Origin: Candidatus Obscuribacteraceae bacterium
GTDB taxonomy: Bacteria; Cyanobacteriota; Vampirovibrionia; Obscuribacterales; Obscuribacteraceae
DNA: 64,000 bases
NCBI GenBank assembly: GCA_044226015.1
Contig: JBGAHS010000002.1
Coordinates: forward strand, 96,001 to 160,000
Direction of reading: 5' to 3'
Shown: in pieces, positions 29,626 through 38,990 of the stretch
How positions within the stretch are numbered: position 1 is the first letter of the stretch
Layout: each line of letters starts with the position of its first letter
The notes under the pieces: model-generated
The model's database searches: none
Told to the model about the DNA's origin: nothing
The model's input: the letters and a program-made list of their open reading frames with translations, nothing else
Made by a program: the position numbers and the translations under genes

Positions 29626-29657
29626 AAAGAGGTGGACAAATTTGCCCACCTCTTTTT
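29626..29657. terminator. Bidirectional intrinsic terminator
   Basis: AAAGAGGTGGACAAA-TTTGCCCACCTCTTTTT hairpin between convergent genes. Confidence 0.75.
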
Positions 29658-29680
29658 AATAGCGAATCGAAGACTGCTTG

Positions 29681-30178
29681 TTAGTTGCCTGAGCAGCCAG
29701 GCATATTCTTGAATGCTTCCGCTGCTCTCTTCTGGATTTCAGATTCTGTCAAATCTTCTTTGTGTGTTCCGAGTTCCCAGACATAGCCAAATGGATCAAC
29801 AACCATGCCATAGCGATCGCCCCAGAACATGTCAGAAACAGGCATTCTGACGGTGCATCCGGCAGCAACAGCCTTTTCAAATGCAGCATCTACATTTTCA
29901 AAATAGAGCATCATAGAGCAAGCTGGTGCTTGACCAGTAGACTCAGGTGCGTGGCAGCCCATCTCGGGAAACTCATCTACAAGCATGAGCATTGAATCGC
30001 CAATCTGCACTTCGGCGTGCATGGTCTTGGCGCCGTCTGGTCCTTTGTTTACCATGCCTCTTTTAGCAGCGAATGCTTTTTCGTAGAACTCAATAGCCTT
30101 TACCGAATCTTTGAAAGTCAGTCTAGGTGTAAGTGTTGCGAAGCCCTGGCGCTTCCAATTTGCGGTTGCAGTAGACAT
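29681..30178 (-). CDS. VOC / PhnB-like glyoxalase family protein
   Basis: AIEFYEKAF, MHAEVQIGDS and DMFWGDRYGMVVDPFGYVW. Start set at MSTATA with an AGGAG RBS. Confidence 0.9.
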   Translation of the reverse strand: MSTATANWKRQGFATLTPRLTFKDSVKAIEFYEKAFAAKRGMVNKGPDGAKTMHAEVQIGDSMLMLVDEFPEMGCHAPESTGQAPACSMMLYFENVDAAFEKAVAAGCTVRMPVSDMFWGDRYGMVVDPFGYVWELGTHKEDLTESEIQKRAAEAFKNMPGCSGN

Positions 30179-30224
30179 ATTGTTCTCCTGATTTTTTCGA
30201 ACTGTAATTGGGGTTCCTGCGTCT

Positions 30225-31070
30225 TTAGAGTGAGACAAACTCTGGCGTAAACTTCTTGTCGATAACGCCTTTCTCGTAAGCCATTTCAAAAAATTTGATA
30301 AGTGCCTTTTTGCCTGACTCACCGAAATCTACGGTAAGTTCATTGACGTACATACCAACAAACTTATCAGCTTGCTCGTCTTTCAAACCACGAGCGAATT
30401 GGAGAGCATAAGCGAGCGCTTCTTCTCGGTTATCTAGTGCGCAACGAATTGAATCTTGCATCATTTTAGTTGCTTTCTTGACCATGTCTTCGCCCAGTGC
30501 TTTTCGCACAACACTTCCGCCAAGCGGCAATGGAAGCCCGGTTTGCTCGTACCACCATTCACCAAGGTCTATGATTTTTTTCAAGCCCATTTCGGCATAT
30601 GTTAGCTGTCCTTCGTGAATGATCAACCCGGCATCAACATGCTTATCACGCACTGCCTCCAAAATTTCATTGAACGGCATCTCAACGATATTCAAATTCT
30701 GCTCAATCAAACGAAGCGTCAAATATGCGGATGTCTGCTTGCCTGGAATAGCCAACTTCAGATTCTTCAAATCTGAGATTTTGATGTTGTCTCGCGCAAC
30801 TACCATCGGTCCGTATTTCAATCCCATGCTGGAGGCACAGGGCATTAAAGCGTAAGTCTCAGCTAGCTCAGGATATGCAGCAAAAGAAATTGCTGAAACA
30901 TCATACAAAGCATTTTTTGCTTCGACGTTGAGTGACTGAATGTCCTTCATCACCTGATGAACTTTCACTCCGTATGTCTCAACTTTGCCAGCAGCAAGTC
31001 CGTAAAACATGAATGCATCATCGGAATCTGGGCTGTGAGCGATAGTAATTTCTTTAACAGCTGTAACCAT
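30225..31070 (-). CDS. mqnD: 1,4-dihydroxy-6-naphthoate synthase (futalosine pathway, MqnA/MqnD family)
   Basis: IAHSPDSDDAFMFY, GLIIHEGQLTY, DLGEWW...LPLPLG and MYVN. Confidence 0.88.
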   Translation of the reverse strand: MVTAVKEITIAHSPDSDDAFMFYGLAAGKVETYGVKVHQVMKDIQSLNVEAKNALYDVSAISFAAYPELAETYALMPCASSMGLKYGPMVVARDNIKISDLKNLKLAIPGKQTSAYLTLRLIEQNLNIVEMPFNEILEAVRDKHVDAGLIIHEGQLTYAEMGLKKIIDLGEWWYEQTGLPLPLGGSVVRKALGEDMVKKATKMMQDSIRCALDNREEALAYALQFARGLKDEQADKFVGMYVNELTVDFGESGKKALIKFFEMAYEKGVIDKKFTPEFVSL

Positions 31071-31170
31071 TGCGAGTTGCCTCCTGACAGGTCTCTGTCT
31101 ACAGAAGTCGTATCTGCTTCTGCTATCTGGCAATTGTCGCGCTTATGGCTCTAATACTGTCAAAATGTGA

Positions 31171-33315
31171 TCAATTCTTTCGTTTTATACTCCATCCCAT
31201 CGGATGAGGACTCTGATAATTGGAAGGCAGTGATGGTGTTTCATAGACCCGGCGAAGCGTATTCAAGTCGCGAGGACTTATGGCACTATATTTGGTGGCA
31301 TTAGCCAAATTATCCATCGGGTACATCATGTCTGAGGCATCGTTGCTATGTCCAAAAATACCGATTGCATGCCCGACTTCATGTTCAGCTACCTTCTTGA
31401 GAGCTGTTTGCGGTGTGTCGGGCAAATAATAGCTTGGACGCAAGAGGTAAACAGTGACACGCATACGCCCATTGAAGACTTCTAGATTTGTTTGGCCGTG
31501 CGCATGCGGAGGCAAGTGGTTAATCCAGGCGATTTCGATGTCCGCAGCCTCCGAAACAGAGGCAACACGCACTGGAATATAGCGCCCCCAAGATTGCACG
31601 GCTTCTTCAAGAGCCTGATGCCACGGTGCCGGCGACCCCTGTGGCAAATGAATCAGTACAGGAAAATTTTTCCACCTTGCTACCGACCCACTGGGAAACT
31701 TGCTTACATTTGCGAAATAATCACCAACACCTGCTTTTTGCGGAATAGCTCTAACTACATTTTCTGCATCGAGTGCCGCAAGGTTATTTTGTGCTGCTGT
31801 CGCCCTGCCACCGCCATTGGTGCCCGGCATTTGCGTAAGAGGCGGCGTAGAGCTCCGATTGCCCACCTGATTCTGGTTGAAATTGCCTTGATTCTGATTA
31901 GCTAGATTGCCAGGGCGTGATTGATTTTGATTCACTCCCATTTGCTGATTGGAATTATTTTGAGCAGCTCCGAAGCCTGAGTTCATGCCGTTGCGAAATC
32001 CGCCTTGATTTTGCATACCGTTGTTGAAGCCCTGGTTTGGCGAGCCAAATTGCTGATAACTACCAGAGTTTCCCATTTGGTTTTGGGGTCGCTGTGCATT
32101 TCCAAACATTTGGTTTTGCATGCCGTTTTGGTTTTGATACGCCTGCTGATTTGGATATTGTTGGTTTTGAAATTGTTGCTGATTCTGAAATCCTGATTGT
32201 CCCTGAAAGCCGTTTTGGTTGGGGGCTCCTTGCTGTCCATAACGAGGAGAATTCTGGAACCCTTGCTGATTTTGGAAGCCTTGATTAGGGTTGCTTTGCT
32301 GATTTTGAAAGCCAGCTGATTGCTGCCCCTGAAAGCCTTGTTGATTTTGGAACCCCTGCTGATTTGGAAATCCCTGCTGATTTGGGAATCCTTGCTGGTT
32401 CGGCAGCCCCTGCTGATTTTGAAAACCCTGCTGATTTGGAAATCCTTGCTGATTTGGAAATCCTTGCTGGTTCGGCAGCCCCTGCTGGTTGCTGTTCCCT
32501 GGCAAATTTTTGAATCCCTGGGACTGATTTACAGCCCCTTGATTCTGGAAATTGCCGGAACCCATCCCATTTTGCATGCCGTTGTTTTGCGGCATCGGAG
32601 CTTGATTTTGAAAGCCTGCACCAGTTCCCTGAGTGAAGGGTCTACCTTGTGGCACAGGTTGCGCGGGAACAGACTGCGGTGCTTGCGTTATCGGGTAGTA
32701 TGCCGAATTTGAATTGCCAGCACTTGCTGGGCCCGACGATAATTGCTGAGCTGGACTCACGGGCGAAAACGGCGTTGGAGGTGGACTTGTTGCCGAATTT
32801 CCAAAGGCTGTTTGCCCGAGAAGTTTTGATTCTAGTTTCGCAATTCGTTGGTCGATTGGCATTCCAGTATTTCTTTTGTTGAATACCTCATTTTCGAGAT
32901 GGTCGAGGCGATCATCAAGCTCATGCTCGGGATAAGGACTGCCAAAAGAAAGTTGTTCTAAGCGTGAGATTCTCTGCTCGTATGCAGCTGCTTCAGCCGC
33001 CGATGGCGCTACCGAAGGGCTCCACCCGGCAGGCGGCTCATCTTTCAGAACACTGGGTCCATCAGGGTTAGGATTGTCTAGCGTGCGCTTGGGAGCCCCC
33101 AATGGTTGCCCCTGAATACCACTTCCAAACGGGTTAGCTGGCTGTGGCGAAGGATTGTTTCCCGTCACCTCAGGCGCTGGTGGAGGTGTGTCGTACTCCG
33201 CCTGGCTTGGGTCAATGGCTTTCAGCGCAGCATTGGAAGCAGCCATCACATCCAACCCGCAGCCTATCCAGAGCAAGCTAATCAGGTTAGAAATGATAAT
33301 TGGCGTTTTCTTCAT
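31171..33315 (-). CDS. Exported matrixin (M10-like) metalloprotease with long Q/N/G-rich low-complexity region
   Basis: N-terminal hydrophobic segment; RISRLE/RLDHLE/RIAKLE helical repeats; C-terminal HEVGHAIGIFGHS plus Met-turn DMMYP. Confidence 0.85.
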   Translation of the reverse strand: MKKTPIIISNLISLLWIGCGLDVMAASNAALKAIDPSQAEYDTPPPAPEVTGNNPSPQPANPFGSGIQGQPLGAPKRTLDNPNPDGPSVLKDEPPAGWSPSVAPSAAEAAAYEQRISRLEQLSFGSPYPEHELDDRLDHLENEVFNKRNTGMPIDQRIAKLESKLLGQTAFGNSATSPPPTPFSPVSPAQQLSSGPASAGNSNSAYYPITQAPQSVPAQPVPQGRPFTQGTGAGFQNQAPMPQNNGMQNGMGSGNFQNQGAVNQSQGFKNLPGNSNQQGLPNQQGFPNQQGFPNQQGFQNQQGLPNQQGFPNQQGFPNQQGFQNQQGFQGQQSAGFQNQQSNPNQGFQNQQGFQNSPRYGQQGAPNQNGFQGQSGFQNQQQFQNQQYPNQQAYQNQNGMQNQMFGNAQRPQNQMGNSGSYQQFGSPNQGFNNGMQNQGGFRNGMNSGFGAAQNNSNQQMGVNQNQSRPGNLANQNQGNFNQNQVGNRSSTPPLTQMPGTNGGGRATAAQNNLAALDAENVVRAIPQKAGVGDYFANVSKFPSGSVARWKNFPVLIHLPQGSPAPWHQALEEAVQSWGRYIPVRVASVSEAADIEIAWINHLPPHAHGQTNLEVFNGRMRVTVYLLRPSYYLPDTPQTALKKVAEHEVGHAIGIFGHSNDASDMMYPMDNLANATKYSAISPRDLNTLRRVYETPSLPSNYQSPHPMGWSIKRKN
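32329..32490 (-). repeat. Nine tandem 18-bp units encoding NQQG[FL][PQ], with a 72-bp higher-order duplication
   Basis: (NQQGLP NQQGFP NQQGFP NQQGFQ)x2 followed by NQQGFQ. Confidence 0.92.
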
Positions 33316-34568
33316 TGTTTAAGCAGATTATCGTCTAGTTCGCCGCCGATCCGAAGACTCGTCTGAAGGTTCAGTATATTCTCTTTGTTGACTGTGCTCA
33401 ACACCGTCTCAGGTCGCAAAACCACATCGCTCAAAAGCTGGTGAATCTCTGGGTCGCGCTGACGTAAAACATCTCGACTTTCCTTAACTGCATACGACGC
33501 CACACACTCTGCCCAATACTCATGCCAGCTTGTTCGCGCATACCCTGAAACGAACACTCTCTCTTCTATCATGTGCGGCTGAATAAGTTCTGAAAGGGTC
33601 TCGGCATCTTCCGGCAAAACATGCATTCTCTGGCTCGTCACAAGCTTCTTCTCGTACGCATCTTTAATTCGATGCTGAACATGCTGTGCCAAACAGAATT
33701 CCAACTGGTGCCCGTATTCGTGAGCTACAACAAGATTGATACGCACCTCGATTAGAGGCTTTATTCGAGCAGGAATCGCCATCAAAGCGCCAAATTTCCT
33801 GTAGAAATTTACTTCTCTTTCAAACTCTTCGCGGTCAAGCGTGACATTGCCAGTGCGAACTCCAGTAACTCCAGAGGCACCATGTTTCACATTTCCCAGA
33901 CCGGCTGTGCCCTCGCTTTTACGCACCAATTGAACCAGTCCACACAAAGCAAAAACTTTCATCGTATCGATAACGTACTTCTTCTGCTGGCTGTTAACGC
34001 GGTCAAAATCAGAGAAGTAGCGGACTATCTCGTTTTCCCAATAACTCTTGTCGGGCTTGTGCAACGAGCGCTGGAACTCATGTTTCCAAGCTTGCCCATT
34101 ACTTTTAGTGCCCTGAAAGAAAGTGGACAATTGTGAGTAATCGTCCATTTTTCGCAACTGGTCAGGAAATCGTGGGTCGCGAAAGTATAAGGTTCCATCA
34201 TCAGTCATTTTGCCAATGACCTTGTGGTCGGCTGTGGCGACACGTCCAAACAAAACCAGCATGTCTCGCCCGTTATATTTCAGACCGCCGATGGGTCCTT
34301 TCTCAGGACCAGGCAAGTTGATCTGCTGATCATCACTATCGATGCCCTGAAACATAGCTCCGGGAAGCTCTTCAATCGTTTTCAGATTGTCCCAAACGCC
34401 CAGAGGCTCACCGTTGCCAGCGATCAGCCCGTCCTCAAACAAGAACCCAATCGTCTGTTTTCCGTCGAGGGAAAGAACCTTCCCATAGTCAACAGTAAGC
34501 ATCGTAGAGCCCAGGTAGAGGAACCCGGTCGGTCCCGTAGGTTGTTTTTGCTCAACCGTTTTTGTCAT
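33312..34568 (-). CDS. Zincin-like metallopeptidase (anthrax-LF / MtfA-like C-terminal signature)
   Basis: VVAHEYGH...VSGYARTSWHEYWAE...LRQRDPEI; no signal peptide; ATGA overlap with the downstream matrixin gene. Confidence 0.72.
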   Translation of the reverse strand: MTKTVEQKQPTGPTGFLYLGSTMLTVDYGKVLSLDGKQTIGFLFEDGLIAGNGEPLGVWDNLKTIEELPGAMFQGIDSDDQQINLPGPEKGPIGGLKYNGRDMLVLFGRVATADHKVIGKMTDDGTLYFRDPRFPDQLRKMDDYSQLSTFFQGTKSNGQAWKHEFQRSLHKPDKSYWENEIVRYFSDFDRVNSQQKKYVIDTMKVFALCGLVQLVRKSEGTAGLGNVKHGASGVTGVRTGNVTLDREEFEREVNFYRKFGALMAIPARIKPLIEVRINLVVAHEYGHQLEFCLAQHVQHRIKDAYEKKLVTSQRMHVLPEDAETLSELIQPHMIEERVFVSGYARTSWHEYWAECVASYAVKESRDVLRQRDPEIHQLLSDVVLRPETVLSTVNKENILNLQTSLRIGGELDDNLLKQ

Positions 34569-34676
34569 TTCTCGATAATAGCGATTTTGTTATGCTCAAA
34601 GCTGAAAAAAGTTCGCCCCAATTGGATTATTACCGCTTGGCGTGAATTTTTAACTGCTTTTCAATCATTTTGACAG

Positions 34677-34699
34677 AAAGGGCGCTTTCGCGCCCTTTT
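34677..34699 (-). terminator. Intrinsic terminator after tal/fsa
   Basis: AAAGGGCG-CTTTCG-CGCCCTTT hairpin. Confidence 0.7.
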
Positions 34700-34714
34700 G
34701 TGAGATCACTTTGC

Positions 34715-35371
34715 TTACTTAGCAAGAGTTAGCTGAGATTTCTTCCAGTCTGCGAGGAATTTTTCATTTCCTGCATCGGTCAGCGGATGCGACACGAGCT
34801 GCTTGAAGATTTTGTATGGCATCGTGCAAATATCAGCGCCGGAGAGGGCTGCCTGAGTCACATGTACAGGGTGCCTGATGCTGGCAGCGAGAACTTCGGT
34901 TTCAAAACCGTAGATTGAGAAGACCTGGGCGATCTGGGCAATTAGCTCATTTCCGTCCTGATTAATGTCATCGAGGCGTCCGACGAATGGGCTAACGAAG
35001 GTAGCACCTGCTCTTGCAGCCAGAATTGCCTGGTTTACCGAGAAACAGAGGGTAACATTGACTTTGATGCCTTCAGAGGACAGCGCCTTACAAGCTTTTA
35101 AGCCAGCAGGCGTCAGTGGGCACTTAACCATGACATTTGGAGCCCAAGTGGCGATGCTTTTGCCCTGCTTGATCATTTCGTCGGCATCTTCGGTGACAAC
35201 TTCTGCACTCACCGGTCCGTCTACTACTTTACAAATGTCGATAACTCTAGTCTTGAAATCTATACCCTCTTTGGCTACCAGTGAAGGGTTGGTGGTGACG
35301 CCGTTAAGCACGCCCCAGTCAGCGATTTCCTTGATCTCATCCAGATTGGCCGTATCCAAAAATAGTTTCAC
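34715..35371 (-). CDS. tal: Transaldolase / fructose-6-phosphate aldolase (short type)
   Basis: [18 protein letters not shown] (Schiff-base Lys), [16 protein letters not shown] and LAASIR. Confidence 0.93.
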   Translation of the reverse strand: MKLFLDTANLDEIKEIADWGVLNGVTTNPSLVAKEGIDFKTRVIDICKVVDGPVSAEVVTEDADEMIKQGKSIATWAPNVMVKCPLTPAGLKACKALSSEGIKVNVTLCFSVNQAILAARAGATFVSPFVGRLDDINQDGNELIAQIAQVFSIYGFETEVLAASIRHPVHVTQAALSGADICTMPYKIFKQLVSHPLTDAGNEKFLADWKKSQLTLAK

Positions 35372-35479
35372 AGTGCTGCTCCTCAGACGTAAAATCTAGG
35401 CAAATTTTAGTAGGGCTTCAAGTATACCCAGTCCCTGAGGTATAAGATGTCGAATAGAGGCTTTTCCTAAGGATTTCCA

Positions 35480-36946
35480 TTGAAAATCAATACAAAGGGC
35501 CAATCGAGATTGAACCCCTGGCCAATGACAGCTTTGGCTTGTGCGTGCGCTGTCGGCGCCGTTGCGGCCTTCTGCATAACCTGTCGACCACAGGCTCAGG
35601 CACTGACAAAACCAGTGTCCCGAGTCAGTTCGCAGCCACCAGCGCCTGCGGGTCCGACAATGCCCTCGATTGACATGGTCATTCCAAGGCTGACTCAGAA
35701 GACTACGGTTTTGCTCATGGGTGTCGACTCAAATGGCTCGAACGCCCCTGACCCATTTGTTGGAACCAGAACTGACACTATGATGTTAGTCAGTGTCGAC
35801 CCCATCGAAAACAAAGTGGGTGTCATCTCAATTCCGAGAGACAGCCGAGTTCGCATTCCTAATCACGGTGTGGACAAGATCAATTCTGCACACGCATTTG
35901 GTGGACCAGAATTGACCATGCAAACCGTGCGCGAAGCATTCGGAGTGCCAGTTGATCACTTCATCGAAGTAGACACAGGCGGTCTCAAAAAACTGTTTGA
36001 AATATTAGGACCAGTTGAAGTCCTTGTTGAAAAGGAAATGCATTACGTAGACCACACGGCAAAATTGACTGTCGATTTGAAGCCAGGGCTGCAAATTCTC
36101 ACACCAGCGCAAACAGAAGAATATGTGCGATTCCGCCATGATGCGCGCGGAGACATTGGAAGAATTGAGAGACAACAATGGTTTGTGCGACAGGCAGCGA
36201 AGAAGTTCAAAGAGCCAGAAATTGTATTGAAATTACCGCAGCTCGTCATGCTCGGATACAAGTGCGTCAGAACTGACCTCCCAATGCAAGACGTAATGAG
36301 CCTTGCAGCATTCGCAAAAGACTTTCCTCATGAGCGCGTAGTCACAGCTATGCTTCCAGGCGAAGGACAGATGATAAACGGCGGCAGTTATTGGGTGCCA
36401 GATCCACTGGCTGGCCAAGCCACTTTCAACAAAATACTCGGCTGCTCAACAGCTGGCATTGTTTCAGCCAGCGAAAACCCACCATCAGCTGAGCTTACAC
36501 TTCCGGAAGATAGTGAGCCGCTGGCAAGCACGCCAGGACTCAATTACGACTCTTCGCCAAAACCAGCATCTGTTGCTATCAAATACCCAAAGGGCTGCGA
36601 ACAGATTTCGATTGCTCTGTCGGAACAGCTTACACAGGCTGGCTTTAAGGTTCGATATCGCTGGCAAATTTCAGACTCAGATTGCCAACACGAGTTGCTT
36701 GTTCAACAAAGCGTGAAAGCCAACGATGAAAATACAAGTCGCATCTATCAGATGGTTCCTGAAATGCAGAGCTTCCCAGTCTCGGTTGCAATGGAAGCGC
36801 ATCCTTCGACCGATTTCACGATTGTCATTTCGCCGAATACGCAGATGCCCTCTATTTGCCACAACTTCATCAACCCAAGCTTGCAGCAAAAAGCGCCCCC
36901 ACTTAACATAAGTGCGAGCGCTATTCCGTTGATGCCTCAAGAGTAG
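35480..36946 (+). CDS. LCP (LytR-CpsA-Psr) family protein with probable LytR_C domain
   Basis: LLMGVD, RTDTMML, SIPRDSRV, KINSAH and YVRFRHD...GDIGRIERQQ. Confidence 0.92.
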   Translation: MKINTKGQSRLNPWPMTALACACAVGAVAAFCITCRPQAQALTKPVSRVSSQPPAPAGPTMPSIDMVIPRLTQKTTVLLMGVDSNGSNAPDPFVGTRTDTMMLVSVDPIENKVGVISIPRDSRVRIPNHGVDKINSAHAFGGPELTMQTVREAFGVPVDHFIEVDTGGLKKLFEILGPVEVLVEKEMHYVDHTAKLTVDLKPGLQILTPAQTEEYVRFRHDARGDIGRIERQQWFVRQAAKKFKEPEIVLKLPQLVMLGYKCVRTDLPMQDVMSLAAFAKDFPHERVVTAMLPGEGQMINGGSYWVPDPLAGQATFNKILGCSTAGIVSASENPPSAELTLPEDSEPLASTPGLNYDSSPKPASVAIKYPKGCEQISIALSEQLTQAGFKVRYRWQISDSDCQHELLVQQSVKANDENTSRIYQMVPEMQSFPVSVAMEAHPSTDFTIVISPNTQMPSICHNFINPSLQQKAPPLNISASAIPLMPQE

Positions 36947-36959
36947 AAATACAAGCTAA

Positions 36960-37169
36960 TTAGTCATCAAGCTTGAAGCCAATCTTGATTGTTACTTGAA
37001 ATTCTTTGACTTCGCCATCTTTGATCAGACCGCGTTGATCAACCACTTCAAACCAACCCAAATTGCGTAGTGTTTTGGAAGCTCTTCTGACAGCAACCTT
37101 GGTTGCATCTGCGTAGCTCTCTGTTGAAGTTCCAACAATTTCGCTCATTTTGTACGTTGTTCCGGACAT
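36960..37169 (-). CDS. Dodecin (flavin-binding)
   Basis: YKMSEIVGTS, TLRNLGWFEV and FQVTIKIGFKL. Start set at MSGTTY with a GGAG RBS. Confidence 0.92.
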   Translation of the reverse strand: MSGTTYKMSEIVGTSTESYADATKVAVRRASKTLRNLGWFEVVDQRGLIKDGEVKEFQVTIKIGFKLDD

Positions 37170-37320
37170 GATTCTCTCCTTGCTCAAGATTGCAAATACA
37201 ATCTAATATGCTTGGCATCGCGCTTCCGGCATGCTTTTATCAACACTTTAGAAATTGAAAAAAAACGACAGCAAATTCGTTGTAAAAAACGAATTTGCAC
37301 TTGATAGCGTTCAGCTCAGT

Positions 37321-37938
37321 TCACTTCTTGGAAATTGCTTCAAGCACTTCTGGTGCCAGCCAACCTCGCTCCAAAAGTGTTTGCTCGACTGGCGTTCCGT
37401 TGTCACAATGTTCGATCAGGGCGATGCAGACCATGTCTTCTGGCAAAACTCGCAACCCAATCAAGCGCAAGCCGAAAAGATAAGGGGAGTCATCAGGCAA
37501 TTCCATGGATACCTGAGTTGAGAGAACAGCCTCGAGCTCTTCGCTATTAATCAGACCTTGCTCAAGCAAAATTTCGCCCAAAGGCCTGTGCTCGATTTCC
37601 TGTTCTTCAATAGCAAACTGCAATTGACGTATGTTGATCTTTCCTGCAGCAATCAATATTTGACCGAACTTAGGCCAGAAAGGTTCTACGCCCTCTTCAT
37701 CAGCCTCTTCGAACTCTTCATTCATGATTCGAGCATAGGCATTTTCTACTTCCAATTGTGCCTGGGCAGCTTGCACCCAGGCCTGCGGAGAATGCAAGAA
37801 TGCACCCTCATCCAGCCCATCGAACAGCCTCCAGTAAGCTTCTTCGACGGCTAAGCGAGATGCGTTTCGATCCAATCCCAATATAAGGAATGGACAAATT
37901 GCATGAGTTTTTGTTTTTCGCTCTAAAACTGTGCTCAT
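37321..37938 (-). CDS. Degenerate J-domain-like protein with MshEN-like repeats
   Basis: PFLILGLDRNAS...EEAYWRL (no HPD); KFGQILIAAGKI...LQFAIEEQ and PLGEILLEQGLI...LEAVLSTQ. Confidence 0.7.
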   Translation of the reverse strand: MSTVLERKTKTHAICPFLILGLDRNASRLAVEEAYWRLFDGLDEGAFLHSPQAWVQAAQAQLEVENAYARIMNEEFEEADEEGVEPFWPKFGQILIAAGKINIRQLQFAIEEQEIEHRPLGEILLEQGLINSEELEAVLSTQVSMELPDDSPYLFGLRLIGLRVLPEDMVCIALIEHCDNGTPVEQTLLERGWLAPEVLEAISKK

Positions 37939-38030
37939 AACTAAATCCTTTAAAGCGCTTCTGATTCGAGTTTAGTTCTTCGGAGGTAAATACGTCAGCA
38001 GGAAATGCTATGCAGGCTCGAAGCAGCCAG

Positions 38031-38062
38031 AAAGAAAAAGACACCCGCCAGAGGCAGGTGTC
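38031..38062 (-). terminator. Intrinsic terminator after korB
   Basis: Minus strand GACACCTGCC-TCT-GGCGGGTGTC followed by TTTTTCTTT. Confidence 0.75.
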
Positions 38063-38087
38063 CAATTCAAGAATTCGATTTTGCTGA

Positions 38088-38966
38088 CTAAATCATTTCG
38101 TTGATGAAATCAGCCATCACTTCTTTGCTGAGTCCGAGAGATTGCTTCACGAGCGGTCCTCTGCGAAGAACAGGATCTGTTTCCTCGTAGGTTGTTTGCT
38201 CAGCTTTGTAGAGAACTCCCAGCGGAATCTTGTCGCCCCACTCAAATGATTTTTGAAGCGAGGTGTGGAAATCGGAAGGATCGAAACCGGTATCTTCCAA
38301 CTTGTAGACACGCTCTTTGAACCATGGGTAGGTATTGATTTTGTTGTATGTGACGCAAGGGCTGTACACATCGATGAGTGCGAAGCCTTTGTGTGCAATA
38401 CCACCAGCAATCAAATCGATCAATTGCTTTTGTTCACCAGAGAAACCGCGAGCTACATATGTAGCACCTGCTGTAATTGCAACGGCTACTGGATTCAAAG
38501 GTATTTCAGCATTACCGTGCGGTGTTGATTTCGTCTTGTGACCACGGGTTGTGGTTGGCGAAGCTTGACCAGTGGTCAAACCATAAATCTGGTTGTCCAT
38601 GACGATGTAAGTCATGTCCAGATTTCTTCTCATAGCGTGGATGAAGTGGCCAATACCGATACCGTATCCGTCGCCATCGCCACCAGTACAGATGGTCTTC
38701 ATGTCGGTGTTAGCGAGATGCGCGCCAGTTGCTACTGCAACTGAACGTCCGTGCAAGCTGTGAATACCGTATGCATTGATGAATCCAGGAAGGTTAGATG
38801 AACAACCGATACCAGATACTACTAGAAGATCTTTCGGTTGAACGCCGCACTTTCCTGCTGCAGTTTGCAAAGACTTCAGTACGCCGAAGTCTCCGCATCC
38901 AGGACACCAATCCGGATCAACCGGTCCCTTATAGGTGTCGACGGGAAGTTCAATTACTGTTGCCAT
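38088..38966 (-). CDS. korB: 2-oxoacid:ferredoxin oxidoreductase beta subunit
   Basis: WCPGCGDFG, SGIGCSS, TPP motif GGDGDG...DNQIYGLTTGQ and SPCVTYN. Substrate specificity cannot be determined. Confidence 0.92.
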   Translation of the reverse strand: MATVIELPVDTYKGPVDPDWCPGCGDFGVLKSLQTAAGKCGVQPKDLLVVSGIGCSSNLPGFINAYGIHSLHGRSVAVATGAHLANTDMKTICTGGDGDGYGIGIGHFIHAMRRNLDMTYIVMDNQIYGLTTGQASPTTTRGHKTKSTPHGNAEIPLNPVAVAITAGATYVARGFSGEQKQLIDLIAGGIAHKGFALIDVYSPCVTYNKINTYPWFKERVYKLEDTGFDPSDFHTSLQKSFEWGDKIPLGVLYKAEQTTYEETDPVLRRGPLVKQSLGLSKEVMADFINEMI

Positions 38967-38990
38967 TTTTTGTTCCCTCTTGCCGTAAGA

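Noticed and set aside
32329..32490. Regular short repeats as a possible CRISPR array
   Set aside because: 18-bp in-frame tandem units without unique spacers, inside a CDS; no cas genes.
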